Notes under the pieces: generated by a model
The model's input: the letters and a program-made list of their open reading frames with translations, nothing else
The model's database searches: none
What the model was told of the DNA's origin: nothing
In this document: positions 63,673-64,000 of the stretch, piece after piece
Position numbering within the stretch: the first letter of the stretch is position 1
Layout: each line of letters begins with the position of its first letter
DNA from: the human T2T-CHM13v2.0 reference genome, Homo sapiens
Strand: one strand, 5' to 3'
NCBI RefSeq assembly: GCF_009914755.1
Contig: NC_060936.1
Length of the DNA stretch: 64,000 bases
Program-made: the position numbers and the translations under genes

Positions 63673-63873
63673 ATGAAGATTTTTTTCCGCTACCAGACAT
63701 TTAGATTCATCTGGCTCACCAAGCCACCTGGCCGGCGCTTACACAAAGATCACCAGCTTTGGACGCCTCTGACTCTTGCTGACTTTGAAGCCATAAATCG
63801 CTGTAACAGGCCATTGCCTAAAAACTTTAACTTTGCTGCAGATGTGCTGGACCAGTGGTCCCAAAAGGAGAAG
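63673..63873 (+). CDS. ACSM4: First coding exon of acyl-CoA synthetase medium-chain family member 4 (67 codons, N-terminal mitochondrial-presequence-like region); gene continues beyond the window
   Basis: ACCATG at 63673 translates MKIFFRYQTFRFIWLTKPPGRRLHKDHQLWTPLTLADFEAINRCNRPLPKNFNFAADVLDQWSQKEK, including the ACSM family FNFAxDVLDxW motif. 201 nt ending AAG|GTATAT (phase-0 donor at 63874). Missing from the ORF track because the frame runs off the window end. Confidence 0.95.
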
Positions 63874-64000
63874 GTATATGACGATGGGCTTCCAGTAGAT
63901 GCTTGGTGTCCCCTTATCTCTCAGTCTTCCATTTCCTTGTTCTGTGGTCTACCACTTAATTTCAATGCACTCTCTCACCCTCTTGGTTTCCTTTGTTTGT

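Noticed and set aside
63479-63676. Upstream ORF whose stop overlaps the ACSM4 ATG (ATGA)
   Set aside because: Begins at GTG and spans the putative acceptor; coupling of this kind is a prokaryotic feature

Overview
Human (primate) genomic DNA. About 63.6 kb is transposon-rich intergenic sequence lying directly upstream of the first coding exon of ACSM4 (medium-chain acyl-CoA synthetase 4; ATG at 63673, 67 codons, then a GT donor). I recognise that peptide from memory, which places the window on 12p13 between PEX5 and ACSM4. The rest is retroelement debris: a full-length but dead L1PA3-type element (+), an L1PB (-) that appears to derive from a 5'UTR-spliced RNA, and an L1PA7-type element (+) with a 1.17-kb RT deletion. 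There is also a ~17.8-kb nest of two MER4-group proviruses in opposite orientations, several solo LTRs with target-site duplications, about 17 Alus (one a near-consensus AluYa5), and MIR/L2/DNA-transposon relics. Almost all ORFs in the supplied track are L1/Alu artefacts. I see no prokaryotic-type system, RNA gene or CRISPR array, and no convincing new gene. The most interesting signals are mechanistic: spliced L1 integrants, three short locally templated insertions, discordant proviral LTRs, and a splice acceptor implying an upstream ACSM4 exon. Subfamily names come from recalled consensus sequences and need Dfam/RepeatMasker confirmation.
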